From contig OX597836.1 in the NCBI GenBank assembly GCA_951406725.2, positions 22,754,001 to 22,818,000 on the forward strand: a stretch of DNA of 64,000 nt, in the 5' to 3' direction. The position numbers were made by a program, and so were the translations under genes. Shown one piece after another: positions 11,308-24,869 of the stretch (the stretch's first letter is position 1; each line of letters starts with the position of its first letter). The notes below the pieces were generated by a model. The model saw only the letters and a program-made list of their open reading frames with translations. It was not told where the DNA came from and did no database searches. This DNA comes from Octopus vulgaris (lineage: Eukaryota).

Positions 11308-12462
11308 GAATATGCTTCAACACACGAACTCATATAAAGAATCTTGCAAACCAAATCCAAAAACGAAATATTACAACTTTGTTTTTGCAAAACTAATCAT
11401 TAATTTTTCGTGACTTTGTATTCGTGTAAACAGGTTCAACCAGAGTTTCTCACTGTGGCATGAATAGCATTTTTCAAAATACTGTTGGTTTTTGTAGCAA
11501 AACAATCAGATTTTCTAAGCAAAAGGAATGGGCCTTTTTGAAATCAACACCTTCAAATTGGTAAAAAAAAAAAAGTTAAAATGTCTCATGAACAAGACAT
11601 TTTTTTTTCAGGCCAGTGTTGAGATATATCAGAGGGAACTCCTGCTACTTAAACCAAGGCATGTAACTTTAAAATGAAAGCCATATAATTGATGGTACGG
11701 TACATATAGCATGTATATATATCTTCTTCCCAGCAGTCTCCATAAAATAATAAGATTTTTAAAAATTACGGAGATGTACTTGCATAGCAAGTGATTTGAT
11801 CTGAGATCGTGTGCTGAAATGAAAACAATTGCAGCGTGGAAGGTGTTTGTAAGCCATTTTAGAAACACACAAAAGCCGTTCGATTTACTTCAACATTTAA
11901 GTTTAATTTGTCAAAATATTTTTGTCGCTTTAAGACTGCGACATGTTCACTGACAAAAATCTGTGAGCACGGATTTTTGTCAGTGAACAGGTCGCAGTCT
12001 TAAATGGCTTACAAACACCTTCCACGCTGCAATTATTTAAAAAAATATTTTCATTTAAATATCATAGCAAACAGTGCATACCAGAACTGCATCACATATA
12101 TATATATACATATAATGCACATAGAATCATGTACATACATATAAATTTGAGTGTATGGAAATGTAAAAAAAACTCTTTTGGTTTCTAATAGCAGTGGTTG
12201 GATTACATAAAACGTTAAAAAAAAAACCCAGTTAATCCTTTAACTTAAGAAATTAAAAAAAACCCATCTAAAATAATGTTTGCTCTCAAGTTCTACTTGG
12301 AATACACTGCAAAAAAAACCCCCACACACACACACACACTCACACATTCCTTTCTCTGAGCTTGCCTCTGGTACCAAAACAGCTTCAATATCCAGTCAGC
12401 TGTGCCGAATCTTCTACAGCTAAAGAGCTGTGCCATTTATAAATGAAACAAGAACATGTATA

Positions 12463-12693
12463 TGTTTCTTTATTACCCACAAGGGGCTAAACATAGAGGG
12501 GACAAACAAGGACAGACAAACGGATTAAGTCGATTATATCGACCTCAGTGCGTAACTGGTACTTAATTTATCGACCCCGAAAGGATGAAAGGCAAAGTCG
12601 ACCTCAGCGGAATTTGAACTCAGAACGTAGCGGCAGACGAAATACGGTTACACATTTTGCCCGGCGTGCTAACGGTTCTGCCAGCTCGCCACC
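12463..12693 (-). mobile_element. SINE family A (GGCGAGCTGGCAGAA head); copies also at ~1-125, 253-415, 23957-24170, 29064-29296, 36720-36950, 43034-43265, 48966-49140, 51380-51617
   Basis: Near-identical dispersed ~230-bp repeat; TSDs such as TGAAACAAGAACATGTATA (12444/12695) and TTTGAGCCCCTTATATC (29047/29297). Confidence 0.88.
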
Positions 12694-12867
12694 TTGAAAC
12701 AAGAACATGTATAAATACATGCATACTCAAACTCATGTAGGATCTTTTATTTTTTTTCTTCTGTGTTGAAGAGACAAGTTACCAATTTCTGCAACTTTGC
12801 ACAGATAAGACACCAGCATCCAACCATTGCAAAAGATGCACATCTACCATGCAGCAGGACAAACCAG

Positions 12868-12932
12868 TCAATTTTTGTTGAAACCATACAGACAATAATG
12901 GTAGACCTGTTGTAGCTGGCTGGTGCTGGAAG
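12868..12932 (-). CDS. ITFG2: ITFG2 exon 11 (stop)
   Basis: ag|(P)[20 protein letters not shown]; an AATAAA lies ~120 nt downstream at ~12747-12752 (minus strand). Confidence 0.85.
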
Positions 12933-15900
12933 CTGAAGAAAAAGACACAAAACATGTATCAATCTAAATGCATTAACATGTGTACAAATGAATGCATGCA
13001 TTCTAATATATACTCTAGTGCAGAATTTCTCAAACTGGTTCTGGAGAACACCAGGGCCTGTGAAAATATTACAGGGTTCTGCCAGATAAAACGTTCTTTA
13101 AATAGATATCAGCAAACATCGTTTAGCGTCCGCTTTCCATGCTAGCATGGGTTGGACGGTTCAACTGGGGTCTCGGAAGCCAGAAGGCTGCACCAGGCCC
13201 AGTCTGATCTGGCAATGCTTCTACGGCTGGATGCCCTTCCTAACGCCAACCACTTCATGAGTGTAGTGGGTGCTTTTTACGTGCCACCGGCACAGGTGCC
13301 AGACGAGGCTGGCAAACGGCCATGATCAGATGGTGCTTTTTATGTGCCACCGGCACGGGGGCCAGGGGGACCATTTAATAAAAATTGCATGGTACTTTGA
13401 TCAAGTGTCTTCTACAACAGTACTAGACCAACCAAAGTTTTGTGAATGGATTTATAGATGGAAACTGAAAGAAGCCCATATGTGTGCATGTGTATGTCTT
13501 GCCAAGCTAATTCTTTTATTATGTTTTTTACTTACTTTACTCATTAGACTGTCACCATGAGATATGCTGTGCTTGAGAAGACCTGTTGAGTCAAGTGAAA
13601 TAGTAGTCGTAGCAGATGCCAGGACCGCCTGACTGGCACCCGTGCTGGTGGCATGTAAAAAGCACCATTCGTATGTGGTCGATGCCAGTGCCATCAGACT
13701 GGCTCCCGTGCCAGTGGCACATAAAAAGCAACATTCAAGCGAGGTCAATGCCAGTGCTACCTGTGCTTCACCACCTCGTTCCATATCTTCCTGGGTCTAT
13801 CTCTACCACAGGTTCCCTCTACATTAAGAGAACAGCACTTCTTTACACAGCTGTCCTCATCCATACGCATCACATGACCATACCAGCACAGTCGTCTCTC
13901 TTGCACACCACATCTGATACTTTTCTCTCAAAATGCTTAAACATCTCACACACACACACACCTTTCAGTTTCCATCTGTCAAATCCAGGAAAAAGGCTTT
14001 GGTTGGCCTGAACCCGAAACTATGTGGTTTGGAAGCAAACTTCTTAATCACACAGCTGTGTGGAAAAACAGTGAGAAAAGAAGGCATTTGCTTACGGTCA
14101 ATACTCAGCTTCTTGAGAATTTCCTTTGTCTCTGGTTGTTTAGCCATAACTTCAATGAGGTCGGTGGCAGCAACTTGAGGCAGGCGGATGTTATGATAAA
14201 GATAGATGTGTCTATTGAATGTCGCATACACAAAGCATGGAACATTACTCTGTGGGTTGATAGCATAGAAACCTGTAATAACCGAAGAAATGGTGTCATG
14301 AATGAGTAGTCAAGTATCTTGCTCAATGGCTTAACAACACAATATTCAACAAGGATTTGAAACTACAACAATAGAGAGCAGATAGCAGCAAATAGATTCA
14401 GCCTTTATCCCGCTATCATTAGTAATAATTGGCCATTGGTTTAACTTTGGTTTTCCAAATCTTCCTTTTCCAGAGTGGTTTGATTTTTTGAATTATTCTG
14501 GCCCAAAATCTGAAGTCACTACTTTTATAATTCACTGGTCCAATGTTGATGAGTAGAGGTACGTATATCTACATAGAAAATAAGCAGCTTTGCAGCATGG
14601 GGATGCAAACATAAGCAAAAATCAGAGCATTTTGGGTGATTGTTGGGGAGTGTCTTTGCAATCTGAACAGAATAATTATTGACACTTGTTATCACAGATA
14701 AATTTGTGATAAGTGCAACATAGTTCACATTTAGGGCACTGTACTGTCCTAGATGAATGAATTAGTGACAAGCAAGGACAGATGTATTTATTCTATGAAT
14801 GCTTGAGGAGATGAGAAGTAAACTCTCTGCTAGCAGGACTTGAACTTGCAACACTAGCAATACTTCAATCGTTCACAGATCAATGTGTTATTTATCGATA
14901 GAAACATAGAAATAGTGAAATTTACCAGCAGCAAAGGCAGCAACGTTTTCTTCAAACTGGAATCGGACAGCTTCCCGATCATGGTTCACAATATATGTTT
15001 GACCGTCCCATGAGCAACAGACCACTTCTTCAGTTCCATCACCCGTAACATCCAGCTTACTGAGTGAGAACAACTGGTGATCCACCTGTAAACTCCACTG
15101 GGGTTTGTTCTGGTCAAATAACATCAAAGAACCTAAAGAAAAAAAAAATTCATATATAAAAGACATGATTGTATTATAGTTCTGTTAACATAAACTGTCT
15201 TTCTTTCAATTAATTTTGTAAATAACAAAAAAATTTAGTATAATAACATTCAGATTACTCCTGCATAGAGCCAACCACATCCATCAGTGCTTTTCATTAG
15301 TGGCAGTCCCATGCCAGCCCCTCTGCATCCTCCAAGGTAATATCAAGACTCTGGCGATCTTCCCCAATCACGTCCAGCCATCTGGTGCAGGGCCTGCCAC
15401 ATGGCCTCTTTCAGCCTACAGCTGCAGCATCAAATGACCCACCAGGAAACGGAGGATGTGTCCATACCAGCACATGCAATGGATAACTATGAGATAAGAG
15501 GCTGCAGGATGATGCATGCACGTAGTTCTTTGTTGGAAATGTGATGGTTCCATCTGATGTTCTTGATGGTTCTCAGTGCTCTGCTATCAAAGTCATGGCC
15601 CCTCTGGCAAAGAGAAGCTAAATATAAACAACAACAGCAAATTACTTATTTACAAGCACAAATCTCAAAGTTACATACCATTCAGTGTTGACAGGGCAAA
15701 GTAAGTGCCTTTGGAGACTTCTCCGAACTTTGATGGACATATACCACCCAACATTTCAGTGTAGACATTCATATTTCCAGTCTGGGATGTGCCAAGTGAT
15801 TGATAGATCACATCTTTACTACAAGTAAAAGATTTCTTAAATATGTATAAATTAAAGACAGTCATCATTGTTTAGTGTCCACTTTTCCATGCCTACATGG

Positions 15901-18900
15901 GTCAGACTGAATTTGTTGAGGCAGATTTTCTATGGCTGGATGCTCTTCCTGTCACAAGCCCTCGCCTGTTTCCAAGTAAGGTAACATTTTCTCAGGGTAA
16001 GACATTTGCACAGACACCTGGGAAAAAATGGTTCCGCCTGTATGACAGTAGCACTCTTTCACAACTATCATGTGATGTCAAGACTGGACATTAACACCCC
16101 ACCATCCATGTTTGGCTTCTTTCAGTTTCCTTTTGCCATATCCGCTCACATGTGGAGACACATGGCTTAGTGGTTAGGGTGTTGGACTCATGATCAAGAG
16201 ATTGTTGTGTTGATTCCGGGACCAGGTGATGCATTATGTCCTTGAGCAAATTACTTCTTTTCAAGTTGCTCTAGTCAACCCAGCAAAAATGAATAATCTT
16301 GTGACAGACTGACATTCCATTCAGGGAGGAATACATATGCCAGAGAAACCAGAAAACTGGCTCTATGCTTCGTATAGGGTAATGTGAACAAACCATATCC
16401 ATTCGCAAGGCTTTGGTTGGCCCAGGGATATAATACAAATACACTTGCCCAAGGTGCTATGCAGTGGGACTGACCCCCAAGACCACATGATTGGAAAGCA
16501 TTCCCAAATGTAATGTGAAAAAATTTTTTTGCTTGTTCTATTAATTTTTTTTTGTAATATTACCTTACTTGGAAACCAGCAAGGGTTGGTAATCAGGAAG
16601 AATATCTACCTCAACAAATTCCATCCAAACCAAAGAGGCCATGAAAAAAGTGTATATTAAAATGATAAACAAAGCCATGCATATAATGCCAATCAACAGC
16701 AGGGAAAGTGGAGGTAACAATGACTGGTTAATGTGCATTACTTGAACACAAGGGCAGGCTTCAGGAAAGGCATCCAGTTGTAGGATATTATGTTTCATCC
16801 AACTAGTACCAATACAGTATAAGGACATGTAAAGACTCTCTCTCTGATACATTTTTACCTAATAAAGATCTACTCACATTCTTTCATGAGGATTACTTGT
16901 GAGGTTGGTATTGGGCTGCAGGTAAAGGCGGGCATAAGTGCCACCAGGCTGTGCCACCAGCAGTTCTGGCTGGTTGTCTACGGACATATTCACTGTGATG
17001 GAACCAATCTGAAGAAAGTAAAGATATTTAAAAGAAATTTTTTAAAAAGTCTTTTAAGGATAAGGTAAAAAGATACAAATTCCTGGAAATAGGTAGGTCT
17101 AATGTGATTGTAGAGATGCTTGAACAGAGGTGTTGATGTATGCTGCATACAAGAGGTAAGGTGGAGAGAAGCCTCAACCAGGGTCCTCACAGGCATGGCA
17201 CATAAGTATAAAATCTTCTGGGAAGCTGACAGCGACAGAGCAGGGGATGTAGGCATACTCTTTGCAGAGAAATAGGTGGATATGGTCATAGAGGGTGTGT
17301 GATAGAGTGCTTAAGCTCAGGCTGGTCTTGCAGAATAGTATAGCTACAATTATCTCTACCTACGCCCAACAATTGGGCCTTCCAAATGATCAGAAGGACC
17401 ACTTTTATGATATCCTTCAACAGGCTACCTCAAAGACGAGTGACAATGACCTCATCTTTGTAGCTGGAGATTTTAATGGGCATGTCAGACAGCAATCTGG
17501 TTTCTTCCATGATGTTTATGGGGGCCATGGAACTGGTTCCCAAAATGAAGAGGGAACAAGGCTATTGGAGTTCTGTGATGCAAGCAACCTATTAATCTGC
17601 AACACCAACTTCAGGAAGCCAACCAGCCACCTGATAACCTATCAATCAGGCGACTCTGCTAGCCAGATTGATTTCATTCTCACCAGACAGTGGGACGCAG
17701 GGTTGCTCTTAAATACAAAGAACCCCACTGGTGAAGAATGTACTCCCCAGCATAGACTAGTCATTAGTGACTTTAGACTCGAGGCCAGAAGGATGCCAAG
17801 AAGCAGACCAATCCAAAAAAGGATTTTTGAAGCTTAAGAACCCTTCACATGGTCGATATTTAGGGACATCCACATTGAGAAATTTGATGAGAGAGATGAG
17901 GAGCTACAGACTTGTGACATAGAGGGTAACTGGAAATTCCTGTGTGACAGCTTGCTGAGAACCACAGATCACATCTGCTGCTGGTGCAAAGTCCCTTACA
18001 GACTTAGGGTAACATGGTGGTGAAATAATACTGTAGAAAGGGTCATTAGAGTAAAGAAACAGGCCCGGAAAACCTGGAATAGTGGGGGCAACAGGGAATG
18101 GTACCAGATAGCCAGAAGGGAGGCTAAGAGACAGGTATATATAGCCATGGGAGAAGCAGAAAAGAAGTTTGCCAATGTTCAGTAACGTGAGGATCAAAGA
18201 AGTGAAGTATTTTGGATTGCAAGACAGTGTGTGAGAGAAAATTGTGATGTCACGAGAGAGAAATGTGTCCGCATGGATGATGGTGCACTTGCATTTAATG
18301 ATTCTGCAAAGAAAGAGGCTTGGAGATGCCATCATGAAAGACTGCTGAAAGTCGAGAATGAATGGGAAGAGAAGAGCCTGCCAAATCAAATGTGGGTCAA
18401 TGTCAGTGCTGCCTGACTCACTCCCCGTGCTGGTGGCACGTAAAAAGTACCATCCAAACGTGGTCGATGCCAGTGCCACCTGACTGGCTTCCATGACAGT
18501 GGCACATAAAAAGAACCCACTACACTCTGAGTGGTTGGCATTAGGAACGGCATCCAGCTGTAGAAACCTTGCCAGATCAGACTGGAGCCTGGTGCAGCCT
18601 AATGGCTTGCCAGTCTCCAGTCAAACTGTCCAACCCATGCCAGCATGGAAAACAGACATTAGACAATGATGGAAAAACCAAAAACAAATGAGAAGGGGGA
18701 GAGAAGAATGGAGAGGAAGAGAAAAGCAAGGAAAAAAAAAAAAGAAAAGAGGAAAAGCTATTCCATTAAATAGTAAACTAGCATTCCATTGGTTATGATG
18801 ATGAGGGTCCCAGTTGATGCAATCAACAGAACAGCATGCTTGTGAAATGAACATGCAAGTGGCTGAGCACTCTACAGACACACATACCCTTAACGTAGTT

Positions 18901-20983
18901 CTCAGAGAGATTCAGAGCGACACAGAATGTGACAGAGCTGGCCCTTTGAATTACCAGTACAATTCATTTTTGCTACGTGAGTGGAGTGGAGCAACATGAA
19001 ATAAAAGGTCTTGCTCAAGGCCATAAAACGCCACCAGGGATTGAACCCTGACCTTGTGATCATGAACCGAACCAGCCAGAGTCTTCACAGCTGAAAAATG
19101 GTAAAAGAAAGGAGAAAGGCCAGGGTGGAGTCTTTTCTGAAAAGTTAGACATAAAGAATAGGCGCAGGAGTGGCTGTGTGGTAAGTAGCCTGCTTACCAA
19201 CCACACGGTTCCGGGTTCATCCCACTGCGTGGCACCTTGGGAAAGTGTCTTCTATTATAGCCTCGGGCCGACCAAAGCCTTGTGAATGGATTTGGTAGAC
19301 GGAAACTGAAAGAAGCCTGTCGTATATATATATATGTATATATGTGTGTGTGTGTTTGTGTTTGTCCCCCCAACATCACTTGACAACCGATGCTGGTTTG
19401 TTTACGTCCCCGTTACTTAGCGGTTCGGCAAAAGAGACCGATAGAATAAGTACTAGGCTTACAAAGAATAAGACCTGGGGGTCGATTTGCTCGACTAAAA
19501 GGCGGTGCTCCAGCATGGCCACAGTCAAATGACCGAAACAAGTAAAAGAGAGTAAAGGGAATATACTGACCTGTCCATTTAGCTGCCATTTGCCAATCTG
19601 CTCCAAACGTCCGGCCGAATCATCTACTGTATCTGTTTCCCTCCATCGAAACAGTCGCACAGTACGATCAGAATAACCGACGGCCACTTCAATACGTCCA
19701 TCTGAATCTGCAACATAACAGAAACATATAAAGATTAACACACAGCAACACAGGCACTAGTATGGTTGTGTGGTAAGAGGTTTGCTTCCCAACCACATGG
19801 TTTCAAGTTCTATCCTACTGTGTGACATTTTTTTTTTTTGAAGTAGACATAGGTGCAGGAGTGGCTGTGTGGTTAAGAAGTTTGCTTCCCAACCACATGG
19901 TTTCAAGTTCTATCCTACTGTGTGACATTTTTTTTTTTTGAAGTAGACATAGGTGCAGGAGTGGCTGTGTGGTTAAGAAGTTTGCTTTCCAACCACATGG
20001 TTTCAGGTTCTATCCTACTGTGTGACATTTTTTTTTTTTTTTTTTGAAGTAAGACATAGATGCAGGAGTGGCTGTGTGGTAAGAAGTTTGCTTTCCAACC
20101 ACATGGTTTCAGGTTCTATCCTACTGTGTGACATTTTTTTTTTTTTTGAAGTAAGACATAGATGCAGGAGTGGCTGTGTGGTAAGAAGTTTGCTTTCCAA
20201 CCACATGGTTTCAGGTTCTATCCTACTGTGTGACATTTTTTTTTTTTTGAAGTAAGACATAGATGCAGGAGTGGCTACTGTGTGACATTTTTTTTTTTGA
20301 AGTAAGACATAGATGCAGGAGTGGCTGTGTGGTTAAGAAGTTTGCTTCCCAACCACATGGTTTCAGGTTCTATCCTACTGTGTGACATTTTTTTTTTTTT
20401 TTTTTGAAGTAAGACATAGATGCAGGAGTGGCTGTGTGGTAAGAAGTTTGCTTCCCAACCACATGGTTTCAAGTTCAATCCTGCTGTGTGGTGTGACATT
20501 TTGGCCAAGTGTCTTCTACTATACCCTCAATCCCCATGTTGACCACAAGCCTTGCAAGTAGATTCGATAGACGGAAACAGAAAGCAGTCCATCACACACA
20601 CACACACATATATGGATGTGTGTGATTGGGAAGCAAGCTCCTTAGCAAGCATTAATAACCATCAAGACATAATGGAAAGCTCACATTCAGGTACTTGGCA
20701 TGTTGATGTACTACACAATTCTTTCGTCTAACCCAGGACTGGCCACCCTCAGGCTCGTGAGCCACATGCAGCCCACAGACTTTTATCTTACGGCCTGCTT
20801 GATACTTTCTTGAAATGGGTTTATTTAAAACATTTAAAAAGTTTTATCAAAATTTAAAGATTGTAATGAAAAGTAAAAAAGAAAGACACTGCTGTTTATG
20901 CAACGATAATATTTCATATTAAATCAACGATCATTCATTCATTATTGTAATAATAGCATGAGAAGCAAAATGCTTTCAATTCT

Positions 20984-21039
<56 letters not shown>

Positions 21040-21890
21040 AATTATTGTATACAGTGCTCAGGTGCACCACAACTTGTCAGAAAGTGCATATAAAGTACAT
21101 GCAGTAATGTAGAAATGTCTGGAAAGTGAACAGTGTGAGTCAGATACATGCTTGTGTGTGTATGGAGGGGAGAAAAATCAAGTGTAGTGTTGGCGAATGT
21201 CAGGAAGCATGGAAGTTTTGAAGGATGCAGTGCTCCAACAACTAACAACCGATGCCGGCAGTTTGTTCCATGCTTCAGCAACTCTCAGCGTGAAAAAATG
21301 TTTCCTGAAGTCATGGGAGCTGTGCTGTTTTATCTGAAGACTGCATCAAGTGAGAAAATCTGAGTAACAAAGGTGTGAGGCCCTCAAAAAACTGAGATTA
21401 AAGTGGCCCATAATATAATTAGAGTTGGCCAGGCCTGGTCTAATCTACATGGATTAACAACACTTTTTTTTTTTAATTTTAAAGCTGGTAAAGTGTAATA
21501 TGGAGATGATTAGGCTACTCTATTTTGGACTGTGCATAACTACATGTAGGCTTTCCATCTGTATTTGAGATATTCTCACAATAAAGTGGCCAGACTAATG
21601 TGAAGGTTTTTTGAAGTAGACATAGGTGCAGGAATAGCTGTGTGGTTAAGAAGTTTGCTTTCCAACCACATGGTTTCAGGTTCAGTCATACTACCTTGGG
21701 CAAGTGTCTTCCATAGTCTTGTGCTGACCAAGGACTTGTGAAAGGATTAAAACAGAAATTGAAAGAAACCCATTGTGTACAAATCTTATAAAAGAGAAGC
21801 TGATCTCCATCAGTCTGTCACAAACAATATGTGAAGGAGGGGAAGAAGAGAAGGAGGAAAGCAGTTGTTGAGAGAGAAATACAGTGAGAT

Positions 21891-21931
<41 letters not shown>

Positions 21932-24814
21932 GATAGATAGATAGGTTGAGCTGTCACTATAGCAATAAGTTTTGATTAAAAACAAGACAAGTGTAGGTTG
22001 TCAACACAATGCAACACAGATTTAGCAAAAAGAAAAAAAAAGTTTTCACAACTTAATATAGTTATTTTTGTTGTTGTTTGTGTGTGAATCCGTTTTTGTA
22101 TGTCTTTCAACATAGAAACAACTGCAACACAGACTTTATAAGACTTTCATCATGACAGGTTGTTGTTGAAGAGAAATTCAGAGAGAGTGTATATATGAAA
22201 GTTAGATACATAGGCAGAGTGATGTCACACTAGTAACTAATGGTACTTTCACTATGTAACAGTATACTATTAAAAGAAGGTACATGCATGATTTTTTTTT
22301 TCCACTTCAATTCAATTTTTATTGGCTCAAAAAGCAAAAGCAAGGCCATGTAGAGAGACAGGGAGTTATGTACAGGGAGGGTGGTCATACAAAGAGTTCA
22401 GGCCATTTCTGGTCAACAGAGACTTTGAACCAAGCAGTCGTCGGCATCTTCACTATCTCGTCCGGCAGCTTATTCCACGGATCTGCAATCCGGACGGAGA
22501 AAGCCCCTCTCCTTCGATTGAGATGAAACCGTCGTAGATAGAGCTTTTCGGAGTGACCCCACAGCCGACGCTCTGGAGGAGGAGTAAAGAACAGCTCTTT
22601 CGAGAGGTTACACTTTCCATTTATGATGCTGTGAGCGAGAATGAGATCACCATGGCGGCAGCGTTTTTCTAGAGAATAAAGGTCGAGCGTCTTCAGCCTT
22701 TCTTCATAAGACAAATGCTTAACAAGTATTTTTACTAGCTGCATAGCAATGGGTAAAGACTTAGTAGATATTATACATGCCCCTTGTTTTATAGGAAGGG
22801 ATTAAACGCCATCCTACCCACTACAGAAGGATCGGACATACTCACCAACATCAGCCAGCAACATTAATTTACTATTGGCAGGGAGATATTCAGTAAATGT
22901 TGGCTTTAAGAAGCTTCTGGGATTTTCTTCACTTTCAAAACTGCTCTGAAATTAAAAAAAAAAAAATTTGTTTTTATTCTTGCAAGTAAATTTGTTAGTC
23001 ATTTTTTTACATATAAATTTGTCATTCTTCTTATATATTATCTTATTGTTACTCTTTACTCTTTTTACTTGTTTCAGTCATTTGACTGTGGCCATGCTGG
23101 AGCACCGCCTTTAGTCGAGCAAATCGACCCCAGGTCTTATTCTTTGTAAGCCTAGTACTTATTCTATCGATCTCTTTTGCTGAACCGCTAAGTGATGGGG
23201 ACGTAAACACACCAGCATCGGTTGTCAAGCGATGTTGGGAGCACAAACACAGACACACACATATATATATACATATATACGATGGACTTCTTTCAGTTTC
23301 CGTCTACCAAATCCACTCACAAGGCTTTGGTCGGCCCGAGGCTATAGTAGAAGACACTTGCCCAAGGTGCCATGCAGTGGGACTGAACCCAGGACCATGT
23401 GGTTGGTAAGCAAGCTACTTACCACACAGCCACTCCTACATCTACATATATATTAATTTGTTATTGTTCTTATATATTAATTTGTGAAGGCGTGTGGCTC
23501 AGTGGTTAGAGCGTCGAGATTACGATCGTGAGGTTGTGAGCTTGAATCCCGAACAGGGCTGCATGTTGTATTCTTGAGCAAGACGTTTTATTTCACGTTG
23601 CTCCAGTTCACTCAGCTGTAGAAATGAGTTGCGACATCACAGGTGCCAAGCTGTATTGGCCCCTTTGCCTTTCCCTTGGATAGCACTGGTGACGTGGAGA
23701 GGGGAGGCTGGTATGCATGGACGATTGCTGGCCTTCCATAAAACAACCTTGCCCAGACTTGTGCAAGCCCATGGTCAGTGTCTGACCGAAGGGGGGTCAC
23801 AAAAATAATATTAATTTGTTATTGTTCTTATATATTAATTTGTTATTATTCTTACATATACATTAATTTCTGAAGTTGTCTCTATGTTGAAAGACATGCA
23901 GAAACATACACAAACAACCCAAAAAATAACTATATTGCTATATACTATATATAAAAGGCAGCGAGCTGGCAGAAACGTTAGCGTGCCGGGCGAAATGCTT
24001 AGCCGTATTTCGTCTGTCGTTACGTTCTGAGTTCAAATTCCGCCGAGGTCGACTTTGCCTTTCATCCTCTCGGGGTTGATGAATAAAGTACCAGTTTCGC
24101 ACTGGGTCGATGTAATCGACTTAATCTGTTTGTCCCCTCTATGTTTAGCCCCTTGTGGGTAGTAAAGAAATATATATTGCTATATACTGAAATTTTTTTT
24201 TTTTTGAAATCTGTGTTACATTGTGTCAGCAACCTACACATAAAGTTCTCATGTTTTTATATCAAAACGTGTTATGTAAACACTTGTGAAATATCCAAGA
24301 ATTAAACAAAGCTGTCAGAAATGACAAGGGGTAAAAAAAATTGAAAGAACTCACCTCTGATGATTCCACTTCAACATCGAATATATAGCACCAGCCCTTG
24401 GCAGTTAAACAAACCAAGGAATTCTGAAATTAGTAAAACAGAAAAAAAAATTATTTCAAATTTTGGCACAAAGCCAGCAATCTTAAGTGGTTTGTCAATC
24501 ACATTAACCTCAGTGGTCAACTTGTACTTATTTTATCAAACCTGAAAGGATGAACCCTCCAGCGTTCAAATTATTCTGTCTAATGTAAGGCTTATTTATT
24601 CATTTTATTTTGAATTAATCACGCATTATCTTGTAGCTTCAAGATTTTAGTGAGTGGCTGTGTGGTAAGTAGCTTGCTTACCAACCACATGGTTCTGGGT
24701 TCAGTCCCACTGCGTGGCATCTTGGGCGAGTGTCTTCTACTATAGCCTCGAGCCGACCAATGCCTTGTGAGTGGATTTGGTAGACGGAAACTGAAAGAAG
24801 CCTGTTGTATATAC

Positions 24815-24869
<55 letters not shown>

